The notes: generated from the letters alone by a model not told the origin. DNA of 64,000 bases from Mobula hypostoma (GCF_963921235.1 NC_086097.1:52392001-52456000), one strand, 5' to 3'; counted from the stretch's first letter, positions 1 to 14,051 are shown. A program made the numbers and translations.

Positions 1-1062
1 GGGTCCCGGTGAGGGGGAGGGTCCGACAGATAGGCCTGGGGGGTCACCTGGGGTGTCTGAACAGGGAGAGTCAGCAGAGGAAGTCCAGAGGCCTCAGAGG
101 AGTAGGCGTCCCCCGGAGAGACTAACTTATACAGCGCCGGGAGAACAGGGTGTGATCTCTACAGCCCTGGGAAGTTGTGTCACTGCTTTATGCACCTGGG
201 TTGGGTTTTGTGTTTTACAAGCAGCACTGGTGAACTCTGTTAACGTCATCAGGGCATGACTTTTATTGGTGGGGGGAGAGTGTACGGGATCTTTCTTTCT
301 TGTTAAATTTAAAATGGCTTCTTTTGTTATGTTATACTGGGGAATGCTGAGAAAGTGTCTAACTAGACAGTTGCTTGGGTTATCGTAGATAGCAGGGTGC
401 TATTAACCGATGGGTGGTCATGTATCGTTTTGTTTTCGGATACAATGCTGTATCATATCACTGTGGACGGGGTTTTTGGCGGGGAGTCAGGAGAGACGAG
501 GAGGACGGCGGACGTGCGGGGGTTTTTGGTGGGGAGTCGGAGGAAAGACGGGGAGGACGGTGGACGGGGTTTTTGACGGGGAGTCAGAGGAGAGACGAGG
601 ACGGCGGACGTGCGGGGGTTTTTGGCGGGGCGTCGGAGGAGAGACTGGGAGGATGGTGGACGGGGTTTTTGGCGGGGAGTCGGAGGAGAGACGAGGAGGA
701 CTGGACATGCCGAGAGGCTCTGGTCGATCACTCCGGGTGGTCCCGAGCCGTGAGTCGACAGGATCCGGGTGATCGTCAGGAATCGATTGAGCTCCAACGG
801 TTGCACGCGAAGAACTTGGACTTTGATAAGTGTTGGCACCTTTTTTCCCCCCATTACTTCCCTTTCTGTATCGAATTTATATTAATGTCATAGAATTAGT
901 AATATCTATAAAGTGTACTTGTTAAAATTTACAGGGTGTGTTGGCTGATGATTGATGTTTGGGCTTGATTCGGGCGGCAACCGACCCTGTGGGGAGTGTT
1001 GAGGCAGGTGCTGGATGAGATTTCCCCTAGACATATACGAGCCAATATAATAGAACGTTACA
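1..1062 (+). mobile_element. 3' end of a Gypsy-like LTR retrotransposon: pol tail, polypurine tract and 3' LTR (281-1062)
   Basis: ORF ending at 259 with an integrase-tail-like RSRRPPERLTY motif; PPT ggtggggggagag at 268-280 abuts TGTACG; the LTR ends CGTTACA at 1062 (TG...CA inverted termini); CpG-rich, suggesting a young insertion. Confidence 0.8.
463..701 (+). repeat. G-rich tandem repeat inside the LTR (~96-97 bp unit, ~2.5 copies, five ggggtttttggcggggagtc subunits)
   Basis: gtggacggggttttt recurs at 463, 560 and 656. Confidence 0.85.
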
Positions 1063-4000
1063 TTGGGAAGGAGAAAATAACAGTTTGAAATTACAGAAAG
1101 TGAGGGAAAAGGATAAGTAGTGCAAAGGATACTCTGACTGAACATTGCTGGGATAGTCTTGGGGTAAGCTGTAAATGAAGAAACCTTGTATTGGAAGGCA
1201 TTTAAAAAGGGAGAAAATGTGAACAAAGGAGGATAAGAGCTGTAAAATTATGGAATTTGGAAAAAATACAAACAAAGCACAATATCAGAGTGGATAGTAA
1301 AAGCTTTTTCAAGTACGTACGTCAGTCAGTCAGTCAGTCAGTAAAGAGAGATGAGAGTGGACATAGGATCACTAGAAAATGAGGCCGGAGAAATCATAAT
1401 GGGGAACAAGGAGATGGCAGTTGAACTAAATGAGTATTTTGCATCAGTCTTCACTGTGTAAGACACAAACAGTGTGTCAGATATTGTAGTGTGTGAAGGA
1501 AGAGAAGTGAGTGTAGTTACTAAGGGAGAAGGTGCTCAAAAAGCTGAAAGATTTAAGGTTGCATAACTCACCCAGACCAGATGAACTGCACCCTAGGGTT
1601 CTGAAGGAGGTAGCATTAGAGATTGTGGAGGCGTTAACAATGATCTTTCCAAAAATCATTGGACTGTGGCTTGGTGCTAGAGGACTGGAAAATTACAAAT
1701 ATCACTCCACTCTTCAAGAAAGGCGAAATGCAGCAGAAAGGAAGTTATAAATTACAAAGTCAGTTAGCTTGATCTCAGTGGTTGGGAAGATGTTGCAGTC
1801 AATTATTAAGGATGAGGTTATGGAGTACTTGGTGACACAGGACAAGATGGGACAAAGTCATCATGGTTTCTTTAAGGGAAAATCTTACATGACGAACATG
1901 TTGGAATTCCTTGAGATTACAAGTAGCATTGACAAAGGGGATGCTATAGATGTTATATATTTGGGCTTTCAGAAGGCCTTTGACAAGATGCCAAACTTGA
2001 GGCTGCTTATTAAAGTTAAGAGCCCATGGTATTACAGGAAAGTTACTAACATGGTTAGGACATTGGCTGATTGGTAGAAGGCAGCGAGTGGGAATAAAAG
2101 AATCCTTGTCTGGTTGGCTGCCAATTAGACGATGGAATATATGGCTTTGTTGCCAGGTTAGCAGATGTTATGAAGATTGGTGGAGGGGCAGGTAGTGTTA
2201 ATGAAACAGGTAGGCTGCAGAAGGACTTAGACAGATTAGGAGGATGGGCAAGAAGGTGGCAAGTTAAATACAACGTGGGAAAATGCATGGTCATGCACTT
2301 TGGTAGAAGAAATAAATATGCAGACTATTTTCTAAATGGGGAGAAAATCCTAACATCTGAGATCAGAATGAGGGTTATTATCACCGGCATGTGAAGGGAA
2401 ATTTGTTAGCTTAGCAGTAGCAGGTTAATGCAATACATAGTATATAAGAAGAAGGAAAAAAAAGTAAATAAATAAATTACAGTATGTGTATATTGAATAG
2501 ATTAAAAATCGTTCAAAAACAGAAGTATATTACAAAAGTGAGATAGTGTTCACGGGTTCAATGTCCATTTAGGAAACAGATGGCAGAGGGGAAGAAGCTG
2601 TTCCTGAATCACTGAGTGTGTGTCTTCAGGCTTCTGCACCTCCTACCTGATGGTAACAATGGAAAAAGGGCATGCCTTGGGTGCTGGAGATCCTTACTAA
2701 TGGACGCTGCCTTTCTGAGACACCGCTCCTTGAAGATGTCCTTGGTACTTTGTAGGCTAGTACCGAAGATGGAGCCGACTAAATTTATGACCACCTGCAG
2801 CTTCTTTTGGTCCTGTGTAGTAGCGCCCTCCCCCCCCATACGCGACTGTGATGCAGCCTGTCAGAATGCTCTCCATGGTACATCTATAGAAGTTTTTCAG
2901 TGTTTTTGTTGATATAACAAATTTCTTCAAACTCCCAATGAAGTATAGTCACTGCCTTGCCTTCTTTATAGCTGTGTCAATATGTTGGGACCAGGTTAGA
3001 TCCTCAGAGATCTTGACACCCAGGTTGGGTATGTGTTCCTTCATTTTACCCTTCCTGAAGTCCACAATCAGCTCTTTCGTCATACTGACATTGTATGCAA
3101 GGTTGTTGCTGCGACACGACTCCACGAGTTGGCATATCTCGCTGCTGTATGTCATCTTTTCTCCATCTGAGATTTTGCTAACAATGGTTGTATCATCAGC
3201 AAATTCATAGATGGTATTTGAGCTATTCCTAGCCATTAGAGTCATGGGTATATAGAGAGTAGAGTAGTGGGCTAAGCACACACTCCGGAGTTGCACCAGT
3301 GTTGATCGTCAGCGAGGAGCAGATATTATCACCAATCCGCCCAGATTAGAAATCGGGGATCCAATTGCAGAGGGAGGTGCAGAGGCCCAGTTTTGTAACT
3401 TCTCAATCAGGATCTTGGGAATGATTGTGTTAAATGCTGAGCTATAGTCAATGAACAACATCCTGACATAGGTGTTTGTATTGTCCAGGTGGTCTAAGGC
3501 CATGTAAAGAGCCATTGAGATTGCACCTGCTGTTGACCTATTGTGGTTATAGGCAAATTGCAGTGGGTCCAGGTCCTTGCTGAGGTAGGAGTTCAGTCGA
3601 GTCATGACCAACCTCTCAAAGCATTTCATCACTGTAGATGTGAGTGCTACTGGGCGACAGTCATTCAGGCAGCTCACATTATTCTTTTTAGGCACTGGTA
3701 TAATTGCCAAGGGACTTGGGAATCCTTATGCAGAACACCCTAAAGGTTAACTTGCAGGTTGAGTCGGTGGTGAGGAAGGCAAAAGCAATATTAGCATTCA
3801 TTTCAAGAGGCCTTGAATACAAGAGCAGGGATGTGTTACTGAAGCTTTATAAGGCAGTTTTGGGCTCCTCGTCGTAAGAAAAGATATGCTAACATTGGAG
3901 AGAGTCCAGAGGCCGTTCACAAAGATGATTGCAGGAATGAAAGGGTTATCATACGAGGAACGTTTGATGGCTCTGGGTCGATACTTGCTGAAGTTCAGAA

Positions 4001-4385
4001 GGATGAGGGGGGATCTCACTGAATCCTTACAAGTGTTGAAAGCCCTAGAGAGAGTAAATGTGGAAATGATGTTTCCCATGGTGGGGGAATCTAGGGACAA
4101 GAGGGCACAGCCTCAGGATAGAGGGACGTCCATTTGAGAAATTTCTTTAGCCAGAGGGTGGTGAATTAGTGGAATTTGTTATAGGCAGCTGTGGGGGCCA
4201 GGTTTTTGGGTGTATTTAGGGCAGAGATTGATAGGTTCTTGATTGGACACGACATCAAAGGTAGGGGGGAGAAGGCCGGAGAATGGGGTTGAGGAGGGGA
4301 AAAAAGAATCTGCCATGATTGAATGGCAGAGCCAACTCAATGGGCCAAATGGCCAAATTCTGATCCTATGTCTTGGGGGTCTAAA
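1063..4385 (+). mobile_element. Decayed CR1-type LINE (ORF2 RT region to 3' end), split by a Rex1 insertion
   Basis: Fragments PRPDELHPRVLKE, QSHHGFFKGKS, YLGFQKAFDKMP, YEERLMALG and RMRGDL; the sequence resumes at 3708 (caagggacttggga); (GTCA)n microsatellite at 1321-1342. Confidence 0.85.
2363..3707 (-). mobile_element. 5'-truncated Rex1/Babar-type LINE
   Basis: [33 protein letters not shown]...DPLQFAY...[18 protein letters not shown] motif, GATTCT-type tail near 2363. Confidence 0.85.
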
Positions 4386-5236
4386 ATCTGAAATATTGAG
4401 GTGTAGAATGTGCCCAACGGGTCAGGCAGTATAAATGGAGTGTAAAGAACTGAGCCAATATAGTAAACATGATCTACAGCTAAACTGGACAGTTCTAATA
4501 CAAACAGAGAAAATGAGATGCTTGACTGGGCCTTTTTAATCACAGTGCAGGAGGATACAGACATTGGAAGTGGGATGGAGAATTAAAGTAGCAGGCAATG
4601 GGAAGCTCAGGATTGATCCTGTAGACAAAACATAAGTCATCCAATCTGCATTTTGTTGTGGGGTTGGAAATTTGTAGCTATAGGGACAGATTAGCCAGAG
4701 GGGGCAGACAGGAGAATTAATTGAAGTGTATAAAACTAAGAATCCTATATGGAATGGAGACTGCAGATGCATTCAGGTCTTGACTTGAAACATTGGCTAT
4801 TACTCTGCCTCTACAGATGCTACCTGAACTGAGTTCCATCAGTTTGATTTTTGCTCTTGGATAGAGTAAAGAAGGAGGGTTAGTTTCTTTGGTAGAGGAA
4901 ACGTTGGCATGAATATAGGTTTTTCAGTGAGGACTGCAAATATTGTGGGGCAGACAACATGAATGGTAGTTTAGTTGCTCAGGGTATGAAAAGGAACATC
5001 CAAATTTATTGGATTTTATTGGAGCTATAGATGTATGAATATTTCAGAATCATGAAAGTTGAAATTAGAGCACTCCTGCCTATGTTGTCAGTGTTAACGG
5101 CCCCACTTCATGATAATACAATTGTGAGCATCAAGTATTTCCAGGTCATTAGAATATTTGCTGAGATGGAGGGTGTCCTATTATAATAGTACTCAAAAAA
5201 AACCCACAAAATGTACTATGAAACATAGAATATTTA

Positions 5237-6838
5237 CAGTGGCATGCAAAAGTTTGGGCACCCCCAGTCAAAATTTCTGTTACTATGAATAGTTAAGCAA
5301 GTAGAAGATTTTTTTGATCTCCAAAAGTCATAAAGTTAAAGATGAAACATTCTTTTCAACATTTTAAGCAAGATTAGTGTATTATTTTTGTTTTGTACAA
5401 TTTTAGAGTGGAAAAAAAGGAAAGGAGCACCATGCAAAAGTTTGGGCACCCCAAGAGATTTGAGCTCTCAGATAACTTTTACCAAGGTCTCAGACCTTAA
5501 TTAGCTTGTTAGGGCCATGGCTTGTTCACAGTCATCGTTAGGAAAGGCCAGGTGATGCAAATTTCAAAGCTTTATAAATACCCTGACTCCTCAAACCTTG
5601 TCCCTGCAATCAGCAGCCATGGGCTCCTCTAAGCAGCTGCCTAACGCTCTGAAAATTAAAATAAATGATGCCCACAAAGCAGGAGAAGGATATAAGAAGA
5701 TAGCAAAGCGTTTTCAGGTAGCCGTTTCCTCAGTTCATAATGTAATTAAGAAATGGTCATTAACAGGAACGGTGGAGGTCAAGTTGAGGTCCGGAAGACC
5801 CAAGAAAACTTTCCAAGAGAACTGCTTATAGGATTGCTAGAAAGGCAAATCAAGACCCCTGTTTGACTGCATAAGACCTTCAGGAAGATTTAACAGACTC
5901 TGGAGTGGTGGTGCACAGCGACACCTGCACAAATATGACCTTCATGGAAGAGTCATTGAAAAAATCTTTTCCTGCATCCTCACCACAAAATTCAGCGTCA
6001 GAAGTTTGCAGAGGAACATCTAAACAACCCTGATGCATTTTGGAAACAAGTCCTGTGGACTGATGAAGTTAAAATAGAACTTTTTGGCCGCAATGAGCAA
6101 AGGTATGTTTGGAGAAAAAAGGGTGTAGATTTTCATGAAAAGAATATCTTTCCAAATGTTAAGCACTGGGAGTGGATCGATCATACTTTGGGCTTGTGTT
6201 GCAGCTAGTGGCACGGGGAACATTTCACTAGTAGAGGGAAGAATGAATTCAATTAAATACCAGCAAATTCTGGAAGCAAAGATTGCACCATCTGTAAAAA
6301 AAAAAGCCAAAGATGAAAAGAGGATGGCTTCTACAACAGGATAATGATCCTAAATACACCTCAAAATCCACAATGGACTACCTCAAGAGGCACAAGCTGA
6401 AGGTTTTGCCATGGCCCTCACAGTCCCCCGACCTAAACATTATCGAAAATCTGTGGATAGACCTCAAAAGAGCAGTGCACGCAAGATGGCCCAAGAGCAG
6501 AAGTAGGAGCCTTTTTCAAGGAAGAATGGGCGAAAATGCCCCAAACAAGAATTGAAAGACTCTTAGCTAGCTACAGAAAGCATTTACAAGCTGTGATACT
6601 TGCCAAAGGGGGTGTTACTAAGTACTGACCATGCAGGGTGCCCAAACTTTTGCTTCGGGCCCTTTTCCTTTTTTGTTACTTTGAAACTATAAAAGATGGA
6701 AATAAAAAAAGTAATCTTGCTTAAAATATTAAAGGAATGTGTCATCTTTAACTTTATGCCTTTTGGAAATCAGGTCATCTTTTACTCGCTTAGTAACAGA
6801 AATTTTGACCGGGGTTCCCAAACCTTTGCACGCCACTG
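5237..6838 (+). mobile_element. Full-length Tc1-family (IR/DR, DD34E) DNA transposon with frameshifted transposase
   Basis: TA|CAGTGGCATGCAAAAGTTTGGGCACCCC ... GGGGTTCCCAAACCTTTGCACGCCACTG|TA; inner direct repeats near 5431 and 6636; GEGYKKIAKRF HTH; QDNDPK-(34)-E in [15 protein letters not shown]. Confidence 0.93.
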
Positions 6839-7029
6839 TAATATGAATTCCATTATGCAATTGCTATTTCAAGACCAGACACCATTACTGAACTTTGAAT
6901 TGGTTTCCCCAGATTGTTACTGAACTCATCTCTTCTGGAGAACATCCGTCTATTGATCTCAAACAACTTCTGTTGCAAAGGTCACATCAAGCTTCCTACA
7001 GTGTATAATTAGAACAGCTATAGTAGATG

Positions 7030-7395
7030 TGTGGCGATGTGGAGATGCATCTCTACCAAAGGAGGTGTAAGGCGCTCCTTTCTTTTGCTAGCCTGCAGGT
7101 GAGCCTTGGGCAAGGTGTAGCACCTGCTTAGCCCCTCAGTCAGGGTCACCTGAAGCCATGGGAGCAGGTGGTGGATGGTCATATGAATTGCTGGTGCATA
7201 TTGCTGGTTATACGACTGCTAACGCCAGGCAAACAATCTCTGAAGAGTATTGATAATGGCTGAGGTCACCCATCTTGTAAAGACACTTGCCAAAGGCAGC
7301 AATAGCAGGCCACTTCTGCAGAAAAATTTGCCAAGAACAATTGTGGTCAAAGACCGTGGTCACCCACATCATACAACACAGCACGCGATGATGAT
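7030..7395 (+). mobile_element. Probable SINE or non-autonomous retroposon with an RTE-like 3' tail
   Basis: GC-richer island ending in (GAT)n; contains an aaggcagcaatagcaggccacttctg motif resembling RTE-related tails. Confidence 0.35.
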
Positions 7396-9004
7396 AGTAG
7401 CACCATTGTCCTTTGAACCTAGGGTTCTTCTCAATATGTTTTCCACTTTGATGTTTTCCTGTTTTATGGTGTCTATTTTTCATCGTGGATGACAAATGCA
7501 GTCAACCGTACAGCTCTGTTCCTGATTATTGGGGTGGGGTGGTGGTGATTTTTTGTGCTTCCTGGAGAATTCCTTGAGCCAATACATACATAATCCTACT
7601 AAAAACTGAACTTTGTACAAGGTCTTTCCAAGATCTCATCTTGGGAGATGCAGTGGGAAGGTATAAGAAGTGTCCATTGAAAAAGGTTTTGGGGAAAGTA
7701 ATCGTGATCCTGTAATTTTCAAAGTAATTATGGATAAGGATAGTCTGACAGTAAAGGCCCTAAATTGAGGGAAGGCCAACTTCAGTTACATAAGGTAGAA
7801 CCTGGCAAGTGAAGACTGGGAACAGCTGCTTGTGGGTAGAGAAACATTTAACATGTGGGAGTCTTTTTAAAAGTGAGATAATGAGAGTTTAAAGCCAATG
7901 TGTTCCCATATGGGTAAAAAGTGAGGAAAGCAGGATTAACAAACCTTGGGTGTCTGGGGATAGTAAGGATTTGATGGAAAGAGAAGGCAGCATTTTTTTA
8001 TATAGGCAACTGAAAACAGGATAATATAAATTGTAGGAGAGTACTTAAAATAAATTGGGGCCCAGAGAGCCCATGAAATACTGCTGGCAGATAGATTATG
8101 AAGAATCCCAGCCTTTTTATGAACATAAGGTAACCAGGAAAAGAGAAGATTCCCTTCAGGTCCAAAGAGGTATTAAGTGTGTGGAGCCAAGGGATATGTG
8201 TGAAGTCTTGAATGAATACTTACCATTTGCATTCACCTAGGGAAAAGGCATGGGTTCAAAGAAAGGGAGGATTTATAGGTTTGCAGATGACAGAGCTCAG
8301 TTATTTCACTCACTCGAACACCCCAGACCCAACACGTCTCGGATGTAAATTATCTTTGCAGCACTGCAATTATCACATTAAGCACAAATGGAATGTTACT
8401 GCTGTGTACAGTGCATCTTTAGTTGAAACTTCCCAGCGCCAGTGAACTTTTCGACTCATCTCTCAAGAGGCGTGTTGCATCTTTTTGGACTTAATGTTGA
8501 ATTCAAACACTAGAGACATTTACCTAGACGGCATTTTTTTAGATTCCTTTATTTACATAGTTTCATTTATATATCCTCCAGATTTATCATTGAAATTTTT
8601 GCTTGTTGCATTATCATCATCCCTTTTATTACTTAATTCCTGATGTTCTGTTTTATGGCCTGTGGAAACATAGGAAAAGCAGTTGCCTGTTCAGCCCCTT
8701 GAGCCTTCTCCACATTCTAACATTGCAGCTGATAACTAAATTAAAAACATGCTTTGTTCCTTATCTTTTACCAAATATCTATCAATCAATCAATCATATA
8801 CAAAAAATTGTCATCAGTGATTGTCTGCAGAAGAACACTAGCTTTATATTTAGAAACAAAAACATGCTAATTTCACTAATGAGAAATCTGAAAATTCTGT
8901 TCAAATTTTTAGGCTTTATCCTAGATTTCTCAATCAACAGAAATAATGTATATGCTGAGAAACTATCTGAATATTTTTAATGGTAATTTTTTTTGTCTCC
9001 ACAG

Positions 9005-9085
9005 TGGATAAATACAAGAATTGTACAGCAGATAGTGTAAGAAATGATGCCCCTAAAGGCACTGATCCACTTATCAATTTGGATG
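9005..9085 (+). CDS. RTRAF: RTRAF (RNA transcription, translation and transport factor; C14orf166/hCLE) internal coding exon; upstream exons lie outside the window
   Basis: ccacag|TGGAT...GGATG|gtaagt; 81 nt, phase 1-1; reads (V)DKYKNCTADSVRNDAPKGTDPLINLD, similar to recalled human AEKYKDLVPDNSKTADNATKNAEPLINLD. Confidence 0.88.
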
Positions 9086-9746
9086 GTAAGTAAGAGGAAT
9101 GTTTTGCCACTGTTTGCTGTAAGGGATGAATTTAAAGTATTTTTACAGATTTAAAAAGTTTTAGCTGCATATTTCTGTTTGAAGGCCCTGATGTATTTCT
9201 GAACATCTTTGAAATTTTCATCTTTGATTTTTTTTTATTACAGCAGCTTGTCAATTTTGTAATCTCTGATGTTTTTTCATGAGTTCTTGGACATAATGTA
9301 CATATGGGTAAAACTGTGTTTAGTTGGTAATTGTGTGAATTAGTATTATTTCTGCCTTAAAATTCTTGTGGAACTTGTATACATTCTAATGTATCAGATC
9401 GAATTGCTGATTTTAGGCTTTTTACTAATCTAGTTACTTCCACTTTAGACCAAAATGCCATTATGTTGGAATTGTTCTGCTTATTTGGATTGGCTTAGAA
9501 ATGGTTTTGGTTTCCTTCAAGGAAGAAAGTAATATCATGTTATAAGTTGCGCTCTAATCCTGCTCCCAGACATTAAGTCAGGAAATTTTTTTACTGTATC
9601 ATCTTGGAAATGTATCAACTCCTTAAAAAAAAATTAAAATTTTGAATGGAATCCTCAAAAAATTGACAAACTGTTTATTAATATTGAAAATTAGCTGTAC
9701 AGGTACATGTCCAAGAATCCACACTAAGAACCTTTTTTAGTATATT

Positions 9747-12510
9747 AGACCATAAGACATAGGGGCAAAATTAGGTCATTCAGCCCATTGAATCTGCTCC
9801 ACCATTCCATCACGGTCGATTTATTATCCCTCTTAACCCCATTCTCCAGCCTTCTAGTAGCCTTTGATATCCTTACTAATCAAGAACTTGTAACCTCTGC
9901 TTTAAAAATACTCAATGATTTGGCCTCCACTGCCGTCTCTGGCAATCAGTTCAAAAGATTCACCAGCTTTTGGGTAAAGAAATCCCTTCTCATCTCTATT
10001 CTAAAGGAACATCCTTCTATTTTTGAGGCTGTGCCCTCTGGTCCTAGACTTTTCCACTATAGGAAACATCTTCTCCATGTTCACTCTATCTATGCTTTTC
10101 AATATTCGATAGGTCTCAGAGAGATCCCCCTCATTCTTCTAAACTCCAGCAAGTATAGACACACAGCCATCAAACCCTCCTCCTACATTAATCCTTTCAT
10201 TCCTGGCATCATTCTCCTGAACCTCCTAACCCTGATCCTTTCCAATGCAGGCACATCCTTTCTTAGCTAAGGGGCCCAAACCTGCACTCAGTACACCAAA
10301 AGGAGTCTGACCAATGACTTATAGAGCCTCACAGTTACATACTTGATTTTGTATTCTAGTCCTTTCGAAAAGTATGCTAATATTGCATTTTCTTTGCTAA
10401 CCATTGTCTCAACTTTGCAAATTAACCTTTAGAGAATCCTACCAAAGGATTCCCAAGTCCCATTGCAACTCCAATTTCTGAATTTTCTCCCCATTAGGAA
10501 AGCCTACATCTTTATTCCTTTGACAAAAGTGTATGGCCAGACACTTCCCTGCACTATATTCCATCTGCCACTTTCATTCATCTAATCTGCCTCTCCTTCT
10601 GTATTCATTGCTTCTTCGACACTAGCTTCCCCTCGACTTATCATTGTATTGTCCACACACTTGGCCACAAACCCGTTATTTCTGTCATCCAAATCAATGA
10701 CATATAATGTCAAAAGAAGCGGTTCAAGTGCCAACCCCTGCTATATTTGTAACACTAGCACAGTATAATTGACATTTAACTTTGATCTGCTCATGGTATA
10801 AACTGAAGTGGTCTGCAATATAACTATATTCTCAGTTCTTACTTCAGTTTTAGATCTTTGCTTATGCTATAATTTTGAAATTCTGTGAATTTGTCTTGCT
10901 CAATTTTGTGTACCTTCTAGGAAGAGAATAAAACTATTGGTTAATTGTTATCACTTCCTTATTGTTTCTGATTCACTTCATCTGTATGGAGTCATAGATT
11001 ACAGCATGGAAATGGGCGCTTTGTCCCATTTCATCCAAGTCAACTGTTGGCCAGCATGCTGGTCCCATCTGCCCACATTTGGCCCATAGCCCTATAAATC
11101 TCTCCTATCCATGCAATTGTCTAGTTGGCTTTTAACTGTTGCTAATGTGCCCACCTCTACCACTGTTTCTGTTAGCTCATTGCAATTAAGTTTCACCCTT
11201 TGAGTCAAGAAGCTTCCCCTGCTATTCCTTTTAAATCTCTTGCTCTGATCTTAAAACTACGGCCTCTTGCTTTTGGCACCTCCTCCCTGGGATAAAGGCT
11301 ATGTACTTCCACCCTGTTTTTCGCTCTTATCAAGTCACCCCTCAATATCTTGCGTTCCAGAAAATAAAATCCTAGTCTAAGCAACCACTCATAACTCAGG
11401 CCCCCCAAGTGTAGGCAAATATCACAGTAAGTCTTTACTACGCTTTTCTAGTTTAATAACAGGTCACCAGAACTGTTCACAATATTCCAAGTGAGATCTC
11501 ACTGAACTTTTGTATAACTGCAGTGTAAATTTCTCATTCCTAAACTCAGTACCTTGCTTGATAAAGGCCAGCTTGCCAGGTGCATTTCTCACCACCCTAT
11601 CAGCCTAAGGCCCTGTTTCTAGAGTACTTCACTCCTAAATCCTTCTGTTCCATAACAATTCCCAGGATCCTACCATGGTTTGATCTCTCATTTATCAGGA
11701 TTGAAAACCATTTGCCAGTCCTTGGCCCACTTACCTAGCAGATCAAGATCCCCTTGTAATTTGTATATCTTTCTACACTCTCTTCAACAGCAACTATTGT
11801 AACTTCATCTACTGACTTATGCTTGTACATTCACATCCAAATTGTTTTTGTTATAAACATCAAAGAATCCCAGCACTAACCCTTGAGGCACACTGATACT
11901 CAGGGGCCTGCAGGCTGAGAAGCAATCTCAGGCATCGTCCTTCGCTTCCCACCACTGAGCCAATTATGAATCCAAATGGCTATGTCCTGCAGGAAACCAT
12001 GCAGTCTAACTTTTCAGACGTCTGCTGTGAGGGGTCTTTTGAAAGACCTTGCTAAAGTCTATATAAATAATATTTACTGCCCTACCCTCACTACCTTATT
12101 GGTTACCTCCTCCAAGAGATTTGTCAGCATGACTCTGTCCCTCTAAATGTTGGTAGGTCCTGCCCTTCAGATCCCATTCAGTAATTTACCAGCACTGATG
12201 TCAGAATTGCCGGCCCGTAGTTTCCTGGTTTGTTTTTGCTACGCTTTTTAATCCATGGTACCACATTAGCCACGCTCCAGTTCTCTGAAAACTTGCCTGT
12301 GGCAAGTGATGAAGCAAAAATTCAAAGACCTCTGTAGTTTCTTCTCTGGCTTCCTTCAATGTCCAGAATGCACCAGGACGGTCCTTAGGGATTTATCCAC
12401 CTTATGCAGTTTTTAAGGCCTCTAATACCTCCTCCCTGCTAATCTCTATATGCTTCAGGACATTACCACTCATTGCCTTCATTTCCTTAGCTTCCATCAT
12501 TTTCTCCACT
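9747..12510 (-). mobile_element. Two decayed CR1-type LINE fragments (about 9747-10740 and 10990-12510)
   Basis: Reverse-strand CR1 3' tail (ccataagacatagg...), LRGDLI and RGRSFKI motifs. Confidence 0.75.
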
Positions 12511-13656
12511 GTAGAGTGGAGGAAGAGGAGAAAACTTTGGAATTTTAAAGAAGGCTTATTGTTTCTATTAGTGAATGTCATTTGTAGTTTATATTACCAT
12601 TTTTGTTGAGCTTTTTGAAAATTTATAGATGGTAAAATGTGGTATTGCAAGAACACCAGAACGTTATAAGATGCCATTACAGCCACTATGCCTTTGTTTG
12701 CAAGAATATTTGGCTGATTCCATGGAGATGCTCAGCAAGTAAAAGTTGCATAGCTAATTTATGCAAAATTGATGGCAAGATGTAACTGCTGTGATCACAT
12801 AACCATTGCAGAATAGTGCTGAGAAGGTCCAATGTTAACTGCTCAGCAGTTTGTTTGAGGTGACTTCCTTTATTGACATTCCAAGAATATCAAAAACTCA
12901 GCGAAGTTTTAATAGCCAGGCATGCAGCAATTTTTTTAAAATTCCTAATTACTTGAACTTGTAAATAATGCATTAAAATGCTAGTAAAATATGCTAGGCC
13001 TCACCTTTAGTTAATTTGACAACTACAGCTATTGCTGGGTCATTCTTCAGGTCAATTTCTACATTTGCACTTTTAGTACTAATTCAAGTCATAACTTCCC
13101 TTGCTATTTTGTTGATGTCAACTTCAATACATCCACAAATTTACTGGATCAAAGCTACTTGTTTCAAACCATTCTATGTCCTAAAGAAGATTCTTGGCCC
13201 GAAATGTCAACTATTTATTCTGCTGAGTTCCTCGTGGGTTTTGTGTATGCTACTCCAGATTTCTGCCCCTCTTTGTATAGGGCCCTGGAATATTTAGTTT
13301 GAATCTGTTATCTGTTCTGCAAGTCAGGGTCTGAGTTTGCTACTACAGGATTGAGGAGGACAGTGCTTTTAATTGAATGTTCACCAGTGTTGCTGTTACA
13401 TCAAACTTCAGGCCTGAAAGCTTCTAGTTTCTCACATTAGCAAACAGCCTGTAGATGGTGCTATTTATAGCTATGGGTCTTGTGCAGCATCTTACACATC
13501 AAAATCCTGATTCTATTGCTAATGTAATGAGGGGTACAATAAATTACTTTATTTCATTCCTTAGACTTGTATCAAAAATTCAAGGTTACCCCTTTTTTTT
13601 AACTTAAAGTTATAATTTCCATTTCATTATAAATGTCTTGATTCTTTTTAATACAG

Positions 13657-13745
13657 TTAACAACCCGGACTTTAAGGCTGGTGTGATGGCATTGGCTAAT
13701 CTCTTGCAAATCCAACGCCATGATGACTACTTAGTAATGTTGAAG
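13657..13745 (+). CDS. RTRAF: RTRAF coding exon
   Basis: atacag|TTAAC...TGAAG|gtaag; reads VNNPDFKAGVMALANLLQIQRHDDYLVMLK, essentially identical to recalled vertebrate RTRAF; phase matches the preceding exon. Confidence 0.96.
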
Positions 13746-13785
13746 GTAAGCACTAGTGAACTTTAAAGAAGTTGCATCGACTTTT

Positions 13786-14051
13786 GGGGCACCAAGGCAG
13801 CGTAGCGGTTTGCGCGACTCTATGACAGCTCGGGGCATCGGAGATGGGAGTTCAATTCCGGCATTGTCTCATCCGCCCTGGGGAATGTATGGGTTTTCCC
13901 CAGTGCTCCGGTTTCCTCCCACAGTCCAAAGATGTACTGGGTAGGTTAATGGTCATTATAAATTGTCCCATAATTTGTTTAGGGTTGCTGGGATGTGAGG
14001 CTCGAAGGGCCAGAAGGGCCAACTCCGAGCTGTATCTCTAAATAAAATAAA
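13786..14051 (+). mobile_element. tRNA-derived V-SINE (HE1-like elasmobranch SINE)
   Basis: A box (gcagcgtagcgg) and B box (gagttcaattcc), V-domain gtgctccggtttcctcccacagtccaaaga, tail gctgtatctctaaataaaataaa. Confidence 0.8.

Noticed and set aside
463..701. CRISPR-like repeat array
   Set aside because: Eukaryotic context, no unique spacers and no cas genes; ordinary LTR tandem repeat.
410..893. Overlapping 120-159 aa ORFs on both strands
   Set aside because: They arise from the stop-poor G-rich tandem repeat inside the LTR; low-complexity translations.
13790..13865. tRNA gene
   Set aside because: The A/B boxes run straight into a V-SINE body and A-rich tail; this is a SINE head, not a cloverleaf tRNA.
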